Part shown: positions 11,806 through 23,399 of the stretch, piece by piece
How positions within the stretch are numbered: position 1 is the first letter of the stretch
How the letters are laid out: every line of letters begins with the position of its first letter
Source of the DNA: Chiloscyllium plagiosum
Taxonomy: Eukaryota
Reading direction: 5' to 3'
NCBI RefSeq assembly: GCF_004010195.1
Contig: NC_057730.1
Coordinates: 58,278,647 to 58,342,646, forward strand
DNA: 64,000 nucleotides
The notes under the pieces: model-generated
Database searches by the model: none
Told to the model about the DNA's origin: nothing
The model's input: only the letters and a program-made list of their open reading frames with translations
Position numbers and translations under genes: made by a program

Positions 11806-12835
11806 CACCTGTAAAGAATCAAATTTTTACCCAGGGTTTTATTCCTTGATATGTCTAATCCTAATACACAGTCCAAAAATACACTGATCCTTCAACTGTG
11901 ACCATTTCCATCACTTTCTCCTTTTCCCATTGGTAGCTAAAGGTTTGTAATTTAAGCCCCAAGGTTTGAAGTGTCCTCTCTGAACCTCTGTCTATCCCTC
12001 CTCCTCTAAAACATGGATCTTTGATATCTATGCCTTTGGCCGATGTATAAAAGTGGAAACTTTTGTTACTTTTCTACATGTGTGTATAGTGGTCCAAGCT
12101 TCAGAAGAAACTGAAAGACTTCATTGTGTTAAGTCATTATAATAATTCAAAGTGCATCATTTAAGTCCACTCAAATAATGTGGCAATTTTATTACTATTA
12201 GAAATGCAACTAGGTCTGCTGCTGCCTTTATGATCACTCCTGAAATCCTCTCCCAGATCTAAAGATCATGAAAGAGTGGATTTTACAGCCATTTATTGGA
12301 AGACATTCGGCATCCTAGTTTCAAAATAAGTGAATAATCATTCTGCACAGAATAATGAAAATTACTTGAAATATTTTATCAGTTTGTTTAAAAGGGTAAG
12401 GATAATAATAATGGATATTGAATATTTTAAGATAAATTATATTTAACTGAAAGTATTGAATAAATGCCTCAATCACTACTTTGTATTTTCATCATAGTTG
12501 TCATAAATTATTTTAGTGGTATGTTCTAATTTTAGAGAACTGTAGCATGTCATAATTATTGAAAAATATCAAACCATTCCTTAAGAATAGGTGAGAAATG
12601 TTTTCTTTTGATATTGCCTAATAATCTATTGAGGTTTGGAACAATGCTGTACATATGAAACTAGCCAAATTGGAAATTACGAGGACAATATCCGAATGGC
12701 ATGTGGTTGAGATTTAATCCTGTGGTCAGACCTTTAATGTACTTTGCTTTCTCAGAAAATTGGTAATAGTTGCTTTTGTTGATGCAAAGCATTTCAAAAT
12801 TCTAAAAGTATATTTAGTTTTCAATAAATGTAGTC

Positions 12836-13020
12836 AATTGTTGGAAAAACCCATCTGGTTCACTGATATCCTTGAGGGAAGGTTACTGCCATCCTTAACT
12901 GAGCAGGACTATATGTGACTCCAGATGCACAGAAATATGATTGACTTTTAAGTGCCCTCTGGGATGGGCAATAAATGCTGGCCTACCCAGTGACACCCTC
13001 ATCCTATGAGCGAATTTTTT
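12836..13020 (+). mobile_element. SINE 3' half (SacSINE1/DeuSINE-like) with LINE-derived tail
   Basis: Tail GGGATGGGCAATAAATGCTGGCC..CAGTGACACCC resembles the 3' end of the LINE at 40888-41850. Confidence 0.65.
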
Positions 13021-13738
13021 AAAAAAACTTTAAATGCCACTGATTTTTTTTTCCATTTTTATGTGGTTGCAAATATTTTCCTCCAATGTTCGTGACTGGT
13101 AAAATTCTTCCTCTGTAATGTTTGCTTTGCTACTCTTGTATCTGAAGGCCGGTTTGACTTGCAGATTCTTTGTATTTTCTTTGAAGGTGATGCAGCTGTT
13201 TTGTTGTCACAAAATGAGTTGCAGTTGAGAACTTGAGACATTTGACCTTTGTGTCACTTCTAATTATTCTTTTGAACTTACCGTTCAAGTTCTACCAAAA
13301 ATGATGGGATAAGTTATGAAACTATCATGTTCTAATTACTCTGGCTCCTCCGCAAAGACAGCCTGATGTGTCTCAAAAACAGTCTTGTTACTTGGGCTTT
13401 CACAGTATATAGGAGTATTCACTGTATATATTTCACAGTATTTATGCCCTGACTCTGGCTCCTTTAACACAGTTATTGCATGGTCATTACATTTTGAAAA
13501 CTACAACTGCATATTAAAGTATTACTTGGAACTGCCACTATTTTGTGTTTGTCGTAACAATTTTCTCAGCACGATTGTTTCCTATTGCTCTTTATCTGTT
13601 TTTAATCCCAAAGAATTTTGCATAATGATAAGAGAACGATCATTTCAGTTATATTTAAAATCCATTAAATATCTGGTGTTTTGGTTGAGAAATTAAAATG
13701 CATTTGTAGTGTCCACTCATATTTTTTTAATTGATCAG

Positions 13739-13818
13739 AATCCAGACTTCCAGGAAGGGTGTTGAACAGTATAGACAAAGGTACCCAGAAAGCAGATTTC
13801 GTAAGAAAGCTGTTCCAG
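13739..13818 (+). CDS. CCP110: CCP110 penultimate 80-nt cassette exon (IQTSRKGVEQYRQRYPESRFRKKAVP)
   Basis: cag| acceptor, CAG|gtgtgt donor; resembles recalled human [28 protein letters not shown]; open in the required phase. Confidence 0.8.
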
Positions 13819-14376
13819 GTGTGTTGCTGAGTTTGTTCACATCCATCATCTGTTTTCTATTTCTTGTATATTTTTTATTTGTTCTATTCAGGTTGAGTTA
13901 GTTATTTTGTGTCTTGTTTTCTTACACCTTTCTGCAATGTTTACATAATTTGTCTTCCTTGCTACTTGTTTGGAATTTTAATGCCTTTTTTTCTCTCGTT
14001 CTATGTTTGCAAATCCCTCCACTCTCTGCTTAGAACCTTGTCTAGCCCCAGAATCCTCCAAGATATTGTTATCTAATTCTGGACTCTTGAGTACCCCTGA
14101 TTTTCATTCCTGTACCAATGGTGGCTCTGTCTTCATGTTTGGTCCTATCTTGGAATTCCATCCTCAGCCTCTGACTATCTTTCATCATTTCAGATTCCCC
14201 CAAAAATCTATCTCTTTGAGTCCTAATATCACCTTTATGTAGATTGATATCAAATTCTGCTTTAAAACAGAGCTCTAAAAGTGCCTTGGGGTGTTTGATT
14301 ACATTAAAGACGCTGTATAAATGTAAGTTGTTGTGATATACAACAGCCTCAGCTGAATGATGGAATGCCGTTAATT

Positions 14377-14520
14377 AGAGTCATAGAGATGTACAGCACG
14401 CAAACAGACCCTTCGATCCAACCCGTCCATGCCGACCAGTTATCTCAACCCAATCTAGTCCCACCTGCCAACACCCAGCCCATATCCCTCCACACCCTTC
14501 CTATTCATATGCCCATCCAA
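14377..14520 (-). mobile_element. CR1 extreme 3' end (5'-truncated)
   Basis: Reverse complement of the 3' UTR/tail at ~970-1113. Confidence 0.9.
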
Positions 14521-15159
14521 ATTCTGCTAACATGAGTAGCCTGAGAAGTATTGAAACTGGGGGATATACCTGGTTTCTATCATATCTGATCTGTGTATTC
14601 ATTATCAATTTTTTTTTCTCACTCTTTCCAGTTGCCTTTGTACTTCCTTGCATCTTTTTGTTTTCTTTTCCTATTTCTTTCAATCTCACTGCTTAGCACA
14701 CTCTCTTCAAGGCCAGTAAATTACCTTATTTTTTATTTTATTTTGGTTAGTTAGCATAGGTTATAAGAAATTGAAAATACTAATGTAGGCATCTGACTGA
14801 TCAAACATATTCCGTTATTACTACACCTCAGGATTTTGTGTTAATCTTATTAATATTTCCATTGTGGCATTTTGTTAAACAGGATCTGTTGATTTTCTGA
14901 GTGTTCTCTTTGCCTTTTAAAAATATACTATTGTGCATTAACACCACCTAGAATTCCAGTATTTTCAAAATCCCAGTAGGAGCTACTTTAATTCTAAGGT
15001 GCTCTATGTACAGTGCAATTCCTGATTGCGGGAGATAAGCAAGCTATTCAAATTGTAAAAACTTAACAATTATAAACCTATGGACCCCAATTTGACAAAA
15101 CGGGTAAGAGTTTCCTTGGATTTCATTGAAATGTAGAAACTCCATGCTAATAACTTTTT

Positions 15160-15659
15160 TAAAAGGGTTCAGAAAAGATTTAGGAGGATGTTGCCAGGGT
15201 TGGAGGATTTGAGTTATAGGGAGAGGTTAAATCGGCTGGGGCTGTTTTCCCTGGAGCATGGAGGCTGAGGGGTGAGCTTATAAGAAGTTTACAAACTCAT
15301 GCGAGGCATGGCTTGGATAAGTAGACAAGGTCTTTTCCCTGGGGTGGGGGAGTCCAGAACTAGAGGGCATAGGTTTAGGGTGAGAGGGGAAAGATATAAA
15401 AAAGAACCTAAGGGGCAACATTTTCATGCAAAGGGTGGTGCATGTATGGAATGAGCTGTCATGGGAATTGGGGGAGGCTAGTATGATTGCAACATTTAAA
15501 AAGCATCTGGATAGGTCTATGAATAGGAAGGGTTTGGAGGGATGTGGGCCAGGTGCTGGCAGGTGGGACTAGATTGGGTTGGGATATCTGTTTGGCATGG
15601 ACGAGTTGGACCGAAGGGTCTGTTTCTGTGCTGTACATCTCTATGACTCTGTGACTCTA
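15160..15659 (+). mobile_element. CR1 3' fragment
   Basis: Colinear with ~630-1113; CTCTATGACTCTGTGACTCTA tail. Confidence 0.92.
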
Positions 15660-15924
15660 AATAAAAGTATTGGTTTTATTTATTTTCTGGCATTTTGTTT
15701 CAACTGTTATGAAACAATAGAGTTATCCATTCTGACAATGGAAAAGTGAGACAAATTGTATCGTTTTCTGTTAGTATTATATGAAATACCTGTGGTGGGC
15801 CACTCAGCCGCTTTTGGTTTTGAGATCACTTGCCTCTGCACTATTACAACTATACTACCATTTTTAAGGAAAGCGAGGGTATGGTCTATTCAATTGTACA
15901 TGTAATCAAACTAGTCAAAAAAAC

Positions 15925-16894
15925 CCTTCTGGTCTCCCTCCTGTTGGAAGGACATTGTGAAACTTGAAAGGGTTCAGAAAAGATTTAAGACCATAAGACA
16001 TAGGAGTGGAAGTAAGGCCATTCGGCCCATCGAGTCCACTCCGCCATTCAATCATGGCTGATGGGCATTTCAACTCCACTTACCCGCATTCTCCCCATGG
16101 CCCTTAATTCCTTGTGACATCAAGAATTTATCAATCTCTGCCTTGAAGACATTTAGCGTCCCGGCCTCCACTGCACTCTGCGGCAATGAATTCCACAGGC
16201 CCACCACTCTCTGGCTGAAAAAATGTCTCCGCATTTCTGTTCTGAATTTATCCCCTCTAATTCTAAGGCTGTGTCCACGGGTCCTAGTCTCCTCGCCTAA
16301 TGGAAACAATTTCCTAGTGTCCACCCTTTCCGAGCCATGTATTATCTTGTAAGTTTCTATTAGATCTCCCCTTAATCTTCTAAACTCCAATGAATACAAT
16401 CTCAGGATCCTCAGCCATTCCTCGTATGTTAACAAGGATGATGCCAGGGTTGGAGGGTTTAAGCTATAGGGAGAGGTTGAATAGCATTGAGCTGTTTTCC
16501 CTGGAGCTTCAGAGGCTGAGGGGTGACCTTATACAGGTTTATAAAATCATGAGGGGTATAGATAGGGCAAATAGACAATGTCTTCTCCCTGTGGTGGGGC
16601 AGTCTGGAACTAGAGGGAATAGGGTGAGAAGGGAAAAATTTGAAAGGGACCTAAGGGGCAACTTTTTCACACAAAGGGTGGCATGTGTATGGAATGAGCT
16701 GCCAGAGGAAGTGGTGGAGGTTGGTACAATTACAACATTTAAAAGGCATCTGGATGGGTACGTGAATAGAAAGGTTTTAGGGGGATTTGGGTCAAATGCT
16801 GGCAAATGGAACTTAGATTTGGTTAGGATATCTGGTTGGCATGGATGAATTGGACTGAAAGATCCATTTCTGTGCTGTACATCTCTATAACTCT
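15925..16894 (+). mobile_element. CR1 3' fragment, split by another CR1
   Basis: Host sequence GAAAAGATTTAA|...|TTAACAAGGATG resumes after the insert; ends with CR1 tail. Confidence 0.88.
15988..16428 (-). mobile_element. Young CR1 3' end of a second subfamily, nested antisense
   Basis: Intact ORF YEEWLRILRLYSLEFRRLRGDLIETYKII..FFSQRVVGLWNSLP; (TCTTATG)n-type tail. Confidence 0.9.
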
Positions 16895-18084
16895 AAATAA
16901 ATTGTTAACTTCTGTGCTATCTTGCCAAATATAATATAGCTTTCATTTGAATACTGGCTTAAGTCACCCTACGTCAGCTTTGACCATTCAGTGTTTTTAA
17001 ATCTCACAGTTGGCACACAGTGAATATATTATAATCACGTAGTGATCTTGAAGTGAACTGCACAAAAAGAAAGTCAGAACACCTCAGCCAGTGGAGTGCT
17101 GCAGGCCTGCATATTATTGTTATTTAGCTGCTGCAGGCCTGCATATTATTGTTATTTAGCTGCTGCACATATTTGAGTATATAATGCTTGCAACATTAAT
17201 TTATTTTTTTCGCTATCAACTTACTGTGGATAAAGGGTTATTCTTATTTTTAATATGGAAAATTAGTCAAGCTGGTACAATCTGACCATAAGTGAGGGTC
17301 TACAATTAGTTCCAGTTCCAGACAGGATATCGTAAGCTGTTAAGCTCCCAGGTGAGGAGGGATGAACAGCTCCCCTTCTTCATTCACGCATCCCCTCAGT
17401 TGGTTGCAGCAAAATTAATTTAGAAAGGACCCCTCTCCTTGTAGATATCTATCTCCTCGACCCAAATAATAAAAGCTAATTTAATCAGGATTTCTTGAAT
17501 TAACAAAATATGTTTATTAATTACTATAAGTGAGAAGAAATAGTAGAAAGCACAGAGATCAGCAATAAGATTTCAGTCTAATAAAATAAGTAATAAAACA
17601 GAGAAATGGATCAGTCTTTGAACTATTCTTGAAGAGCAAACAGTTGAACATAATGATTGTTGCAATTGAAGTTACCAATATCTACAATATTAGTAGTTGA
17701 ACAGTATTTGTTTTGTGGTTTTGTGGCCAAGTGAATTTTATTTGTCCTCATTCCTTTTTTAAAAAATTGGTTTGCAGTACTGAATGAGAGACCGTAATCA
17801 CCTGCATTACAGGGGTAACTAGGGGATAGTTCTTCAACCTTCACAGGACACTGATGACTGAACATAGGTTGGCACACCTGTGTTCAGTCACTTTGTCCTT
17901 CAAGTCCATTTCAGTAGAGTTGAAACTGGCTTTTTACCTGTCCTTGTATATTTTTCAAAGGGAAAAAGATAATGTGTCTGCAATTTGGGATGTAATCTGC
18001 AAAATTTGTTTTTCTACTGAGTAGGAGCTTGTCCGCCCCTCTTTGATTTTGTTGTCACAAGAGATCACAGTCCAGTCTGTTTTT

Positions 18085-18610
18085 TGTTTTATTTATTCTC
18101 AGAACATGGGCATTGCTGGCTAGCTCAGCATTTATTTCCCATCCCTAACTCCTCAGAGGGTGGTTATGAGTCATTCACCATTGCTGTGAGTCTGGATTTA
18201 GTGTAGGCCTAGTAAGGAAAGCAGTTTCCTTACCTAAACATTGAGTGAACCTATGCATTTTTAAGACAATCAGTAATAGTTTCATGATTGTCATTATTAT
18301 TCCAGATTCTCATTGAATTCAAATTCCACAATCTGCCATCATGGGATTCAAATCTGGGTCCCCAGAACATTGGGCGAAAGTGAGGACTGCAGATGCTGGA
18401 GATCAGAGTCAAGAGTGTGATGCTGGAAAAACACAGCAGGTCAGAATTCCTGATGAAGGAATTTTGCCCAAAATGTCGATTCTCCTGTTCCTTGGGTGCT
18501 GCCTGCTGTGCTGTGCTTTTCCGGCACCATACAACACTCCCCAGAACATTACACTAGTTCTCGGAATAAATAGTACAGTGATAATACCCTTATACCATTG
18601 TCTCACCCTT
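18085..18610 (-). mobile_element. Near full-length SacSINE1-like SINE interrupted by a PLE
   Basis: Tail at left, tRNA-like head at right (A-box-like TGGTATAAGGG; GATTTGAATCC); similar to 11625-11805. Confidence 0.65.
18372..18537. mobile_element. Penelope-like family A short fold-back insertion, 13-bp TSD
   Basis: GAAAGTGAGGACTGCAGATGCTGGAGATCAG end followed by inverted copy with degenerate hammerhead; TCCCCAGAACATT at 18359-18371 and 18538-18550. Confidence 0.88.
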
Positions 18611-19316
18611 TGACACTTTTGAGATGTTAGTTCCCATTGGCCTCACACAGAATGTTTGCTAGACATACACTGAATTTATACCTGCAGTCATTTTTGTCTT
18701 TGTAGCCATCCCTTTTTAAAAAAGAAATTTGAATTAAGGTCTAAAAATGTCCATAGAACTTCAGGGTTGTGTTCTGTGGTCATAACATTGTAAAATCACA
18801 ATGGAACTACACCGTTCGCTGCCTAAAATGCCTCTGAATTTCATATGCAGGCCAAAATTAAGGAATCATGTGCCAATTAGAGTGATGATCTATCCTTGCT
18901 GTGAAATTAAAGAATAGAAATACTATTTTGCAAGATCAAATTTACAACAGTATTCTGTCGTGGACTGGTAATCAACATTTTTTCTAAAAAATTGCAAAAT
19001 GTGTAAAAGTTGGGAATCAGTTTAGTTTTCAGGAAATGTTTCTAATATTTTTTTAAAAATCATTAATACAGAAAAAAATGCAAATTATTCTAGCCCCTAG
19101 AGCTTTCCTTTGTTTTGTTTTTTTCATGTATGATAGCTTTGCTGAACATAGTACAGAATGTAATTAACACTTTGAGTCCTGTCCCTTAAAAGTATTGTGA
19201 AAATAGTTAGTTTGCTTATCTCTAGCTCCTACTGGATATTTTTTCTTTCTCTCAATTTGATCAAAATAGTTTCAGAAGTTAATTTAATTTTTTAACATTT
19301 TTGTCATTTTTAAAAG

Positions 19317-19392
19317 GAGCATGCCCAGGAAGAGTGCTGAAAACAAAATCAAGCGTTACGACACTCTGAGGAAGCAGCATTCAATCGGATGA
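19317..19392 (+). CDS. CCP110: CCP110 terminal exon, dual frame: GACPGRVLKTKSSVTTL* (stop 19369) or GSMPRKSAENKIKRYDTLRKQHSIG* (stop 19392)
   Basis: Pyrimidine tract + aag| acceptor; both frames resemble recalled human CP110 ends GVYAGKIQRKRPNVATI* and GSICRKNPKKAAKCCDNLRRQHSLG*. Confidence 0.9.
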
Positions 19393-20080
19393 ACAATGCT
19401 ACATAGCTGCTTCACCTTTATGAATTGAACAGCCTTTTCAATTAAAATCACTGCTTGTGTCTTGTTCAATTATGATTAACAACTCTAAAACTTACAAAGT
19501 GGAAAAATACATTGAGAAACTCATCAAAGTAAGATTGCTAACAGCTGAGTAATCTAGTTTTATTTTCTTCCTGCACTGATTTATAAAGTCTTTATGTACT
19601 TGAGAAGGCACTGTTATTAAAAAAAAAAATCAAGTAACAATTCATATCCAACATATATTTCATATTCGGTACTGTTGGCTGTGTTGCAAAATGATTCTCA
19701 ATTCTCGACTCAGTGTGTAAAACTGCTTTTACAGAGGCACTATGTATGTTTTCCCTCATGGAACGTATTAGTATGTTTAAATCTTACCAGTAATATGTGC
19801 AAATAAAATGCTTGTACTAACTACATCTTAAATTGTCAAAGCATGCTGCATCTTTTCAGTTTTTTTGATATTTTAGTTTCTTAAACATTATACTTTTCTG
19901 CCTTAACCATTAAAAGGCCTTCAGTTCAACCCTTTTTACAGTGCAAATGCTAACTTCTTGGTTATATAAATCATTTTGCATTTGTTACATTTTGTGCCAA
20001 TATTTATTTTTATAATGTTCCAGTTATGTATTTATGTTGTACATCTTGCAAAATAAACCATTCAAACATTATTTGAATTA
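19393..20080 (+). promoter_or_regulatory. CCP110: CCP110 3' UTR with polyadenylation signals
   Basis: AT-rich, no recognisable repeats; AATAAA at 19802 and 20052, ATTAAA at 19616. Confidence 0.65.
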
Positions 20081-20189
20081 TTGAAAATGTCTGATCGTCT
20101 GTATTCAAATGGTAACTAAATATTTTTGATAAATATTCAATAATGTCTCTCAACTGATTTGATCCAATTCTGTTTGGGTATTGATGTAA

Positions 20190-20371
20190 CAGTCATTTCT
20201 TCTATAGCGCGATAGTTGCATTCCTGTGTGACCCCATGCTATAGAAGAATTGCGCAATACAAATAACACTTAGTGTTGCAATGCAATTGTGCTATAGCCA
20301 ACACGTTTTAAAGGTTCGTGTTTTACAGCAAATTTGCATTGACAAAATGCACGTTATAGCCAAACGACCTG
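20190..20371. mobile_element. Tigger/pogo-like MITE
   Basis: Imperfect terminal inverted repeats CAGTCATTTCTTCTATAGCG ... CGTTATAGCCAAACGACCTG. Confidence 0.55.
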
Positions 20372-20589
20372 CAGTTGGCATCTGATATCAGCTGTTCCCT
20401 GTAACAAATGTCAGGATTTATTGTTATGTTGTTGATGCACACATACACTACTTTTGCTTTTAATATGTATGTATTGGCCCCTTGAACCTGCTCTACCATT
20501 CAATAGGTTCATGCTGATGTATTTTTATTCTGAATTTCACATTCCCATTGCCTTATGTTAGATACTGTGTTAAAACTTTGAGTAAATGT

Positions 20590-21170
20590 CATGATTTGGA
20601 GACGCCGGTGTTGGACTGGGGTGTACAAAGTTAAAAATCACACAACAACGGGTTATAGTTCAACAGGTTTAATTGGAAGCACTAGCTTTTGGAGCGCTGC
20701 TCCTTCATCAGGTGGGAGAATAAGATTGTAAGACACAGAATTTATAACAAATGTTTACAGTGTGATGTAACTGAAATTATGTATTGAAAAAGACCTGGGT
20801 TGTTTAAGTCTCTCATCTTTTAGAATGACCATGTTGGTTTCAGTTCTTTCATAATGTAAATTGCAAAACGGTTTTTAAAAGTTACATTCTCAAGTGAACT
20901 TTAAAAATTGGTGTCATGTCGGCCCAGATAATGTACTTAAGGTGTTCGTTCCCTGTGCCATAATGGTCAGACTGATTCTAATCTAAAAAAGATTTACAGA
21001 ATCTTACATGGATTCATGCAGTTTTTGAGCAAAGTAAAATGTAATTCTGCAAGTTCAAATGCACCCCACAAACTTAAGTGTGTGTGTGTGTGTGTGTGTG
21101 TGTGTTGGGGGAGTTGAGAGTCTGTGTGAGTATAAAGGGGTTGAAGTCTGTGAGAGGGTGTGTGCGGGAG
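20590..21170 (-). mobile_element. Penelope-like family C terminal fragment
   Basis: Colinear with 22026-22789; hammerhead motif at 20680-20714 (-) with GAAA mutated to AAAA; internal (TG)n. Confidence 0.8.
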
Positions 21171-21292
21171 GATTACAGATACTGGAGAGTCGGAGTCAAA
21201 AAGTCTGGGGCAGGAACAAAATACAGCAGCTCAGGCGGGCATCCGAGGAGCAGGAGAGTTGACGTTTCATGCATAAGCCTTTCATCAGGACT
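21171..21292 (-). mobile_element. Penelope-like family A terminal fragment
   Basis: Degenerate GACTGCAGATGCTGGAG..GAGCAGGAGAGTTGACGTTTC..TCATCAGG. Confidence 0.75.
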
Positions 21293-21485
21293 GTTAGCTG
21301 CCTCATCAATGACCTTCCCTCCATTATAAGGTCAGAAGTGGGGAGTTCACTAATGATTACACAATGTTCAGGTTCATTTGTGACTCTTCAGATACTGAAA
21401 CAGTCCATGTTCAAATGCAAATGTCTGGACAATATGCAGGTTGACAAGTAGCAAGTAATATTTATACCACATAAATGGCAGGCGT
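21293..21485 (+). mobile_element. LINE RT fragment, same family as 40888-41850
   Basis: SCLINDLPSIIRSEVG motif; homologous to the reverse complement of ~41620-41800. Confidence 0.7.
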
Positions 21486-21489
21486 CCTT

Positions 21490-21790
21490 TAGCAGACTCC
21501 GGCCTACAAACCCGCCCCTGACTGCAGGGGTGGCCCCCTTTGTGAGATAGTGCAGTCAGTGACAGTTATAACAGGTCTCACAGACGGACATTGAACAAAG
21601 GAGCCATCCACCTTGGCTGTTCCGCCTCCCACTCAGACTGCGCTTGCTCAGTACGTGACCCTGACACCAAGCGCGTTACGTCACGGTGACGTGATAGGGC
21701 GGAGCTTCAATGGGCTAAAAAATGGCGCGCCCCGCCCCGCCAATGGGCTCATAGGTCAGAGTGCGTGAGTAGTGGCACGTGACTGGGAAG
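21490..21790 (+). promoter_or_regulatory. VPS35L: VPS35L CpG promoter / 5' UTR
   Basis: TTACGTCA 21676 and TGACGTGA 21687 (CRE-like), GGGCGG 21697 plus CCGCCC boxes, AAAATGGCG (YY1) ~21719, CCAAT 21740, CACGTGAC E-box 21776. Confidence 0.85.
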
Positions 21791-21807
21791 ATGGCTGCTG
21801 TGTTGTG
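21791..21807 (+). CDS. VPS35L: VPS35L exon 1 (MAAVLW)
   Basis: aagATGG Kozak context, TG|gtaaga donor; joins exon 2 to give [11 protein letters not shown] (human recalled as MAVFPWHSRNRNYKAE). Confidence 0.9.
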
Positions 21808-22025
21808 GTAAGAGGTGGCTGCTTGTGTTTGTTTTTGAAAGATTGGCCGCCGTCGCTATTCCCAGAGTGGGCCTGGGCCTGTCTGTGAACAGCACACCAT
21901 TAATTCATATCTATTTGCCCTGCGCAATTTTTGCTTAGAGATAAAATTACTGCAAAAGCTGGCAGCGCTATTCTTAGGGCAGTGTCCTTTGGTCCCATTG
22001 AGCTAAACCACATTATAATGAAGCA

Positions 22026-22789
22026 AAGTTAAAAATCACACAACACCAGGCTATAGTCCAACAGGTTTAATTGGAAGCACTAGTTTTCGGAGCGACGCTC
22101 CTTCATCAGGTGGTTGTGGAGGGCTCGATCATAAGACAATTTATAGCAAAAATTTGCAGTGTGATGTAACTGAAATTATACATTGAAAAATTGATTTTCT
22201 GTTAAGCCTTTCATCTGTTAGAATACAGTGATAGTTTCACTTCTTTCATGTGTAAATCACAAAACCTTTTTTTTTTAAAAGTTACATTCTCAGGTTAGCT
22301 GTTAACAATGGTGATAGCTGGACAATATGTTGAAGGTGTTAGCCCCCTGTGTTCTCTGTCTATGCCATGATGTTTAGATTGATTCTAATCTAAAAAGTGA
22401 GATAATGAGTTTTACATGGATTCATGCAGTTTTTGAGCAAAGTACAATGTAACCCTGCAAGTACAAATTCACCCCACAAAATATGTGTGCATGTAGGTCT
22501 TTGTCGGTCTGTGTGTGTGTGTATCTGTCTGGGTTGGGGGTTGTGAGTGTGAGAAAGTGTGTGTGTGTGTAGAGAGTGCAGAGTGTTTTAAGTCTGTGAG
22601 GGGGTGCGTGTGGGTGTGTGTGTGTCCGTAAGGGTGTGTGTGGGTGTCTGTGTATATATGTGTCCATGTGTGTAGGAGTATCTGTGTGTGTGTGTGCGCG
22701 CGTATAGTGCAGTGGTGGTCACCTGTAATGTTACATGAACCTGAGGTCCCGGTTGAGGCCCTCCCTATAGGTACTGAATCTAGCTATCA
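22026..22789 (-). mobile_element. Penelope-like family C 3' fragment with 12-bp TSD
   Basis: Minus strand IARFSTYREGLNRDLRFM (PLE endonuclease C-terminal GLNRD motif); TATAATGAAGCA at 22014-22025 and 22790-22801. Confidence 0.85.
22078..22112 (-). ncRNA. Minimal hammerhead ribozyme motif (PLE family C)
   Basis: CAC-CTGATGA-A-GGAGC-GTC-GCTCC-GAAA-AC-TA-GTG; stem I CAC/GTG and 5-bp stem II. Confidence 0.75.
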
Positions 22790-23399
22790 TATAATGAAGC
22801 AGACAGTGCCTTTGTAAAACCTCTCTCTGAATAAGGAAAATGGCAAAATAACCCTGTCATTGCCACCTTTGCCATATTTCATTGTTACATATTCATGGTG
22901 GTACAGCAAGAACCCAAAGTCTTGTTATGTTGGCATCAAATTTTCCCAAAATTACCAAGTTGATCTTGAAATGGATTAATTTTGCTCGTGTTCAAGTGAT
23001 GACATAACAATGGGTGCGTTAATAAAAGCCATTAAAACTCGTGACATGAAAGAAGTTTATTGTCATTCACTGAATTTCATGGTTAATTTTAAATGTTGAC
23101 TGCAACATTTTTTGTTTACATTTTAAGCTAATGTTATCAGGAGGGGGGGGGGGGTAGTGAACGGATAGCTTTTGACTATTATAATTAGAGTATGGTAAGG
23201 CCACTGGAAAATATAAAAGCTGAATGAGTGCAGAAGATGAGGAGCAAAAAGTTGAGTCCATGAAGCATAAAGTTGGAAGCCAAGAAAATACACTGAGCGC
23301 AAACAGTGAGCTTTGGAGTAAATATGCCCCTGGAAAAAGTTCACAAACTGGTTGAAATAAATCTTTTCATGACTTTGGGAACAAACAGAACAGACAATG

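Larger units (their letters stand above)
17225..18787 (-). mobile_element. Possible solo LTR carrying nested SINE and PLE insertions
   Basis: Minus strand begins TGTTATGACC (18787) and ends CCACA (17225), AATAAA near 17515; family not identified. Confidence 0.35.

Noticed and set aside
17098-17161. Perfect 32-bp tandem duplication (similar small duplications at ~2066 and ~57820)
   Set aside because: Ordinary slippage-type duplication with no sign of function
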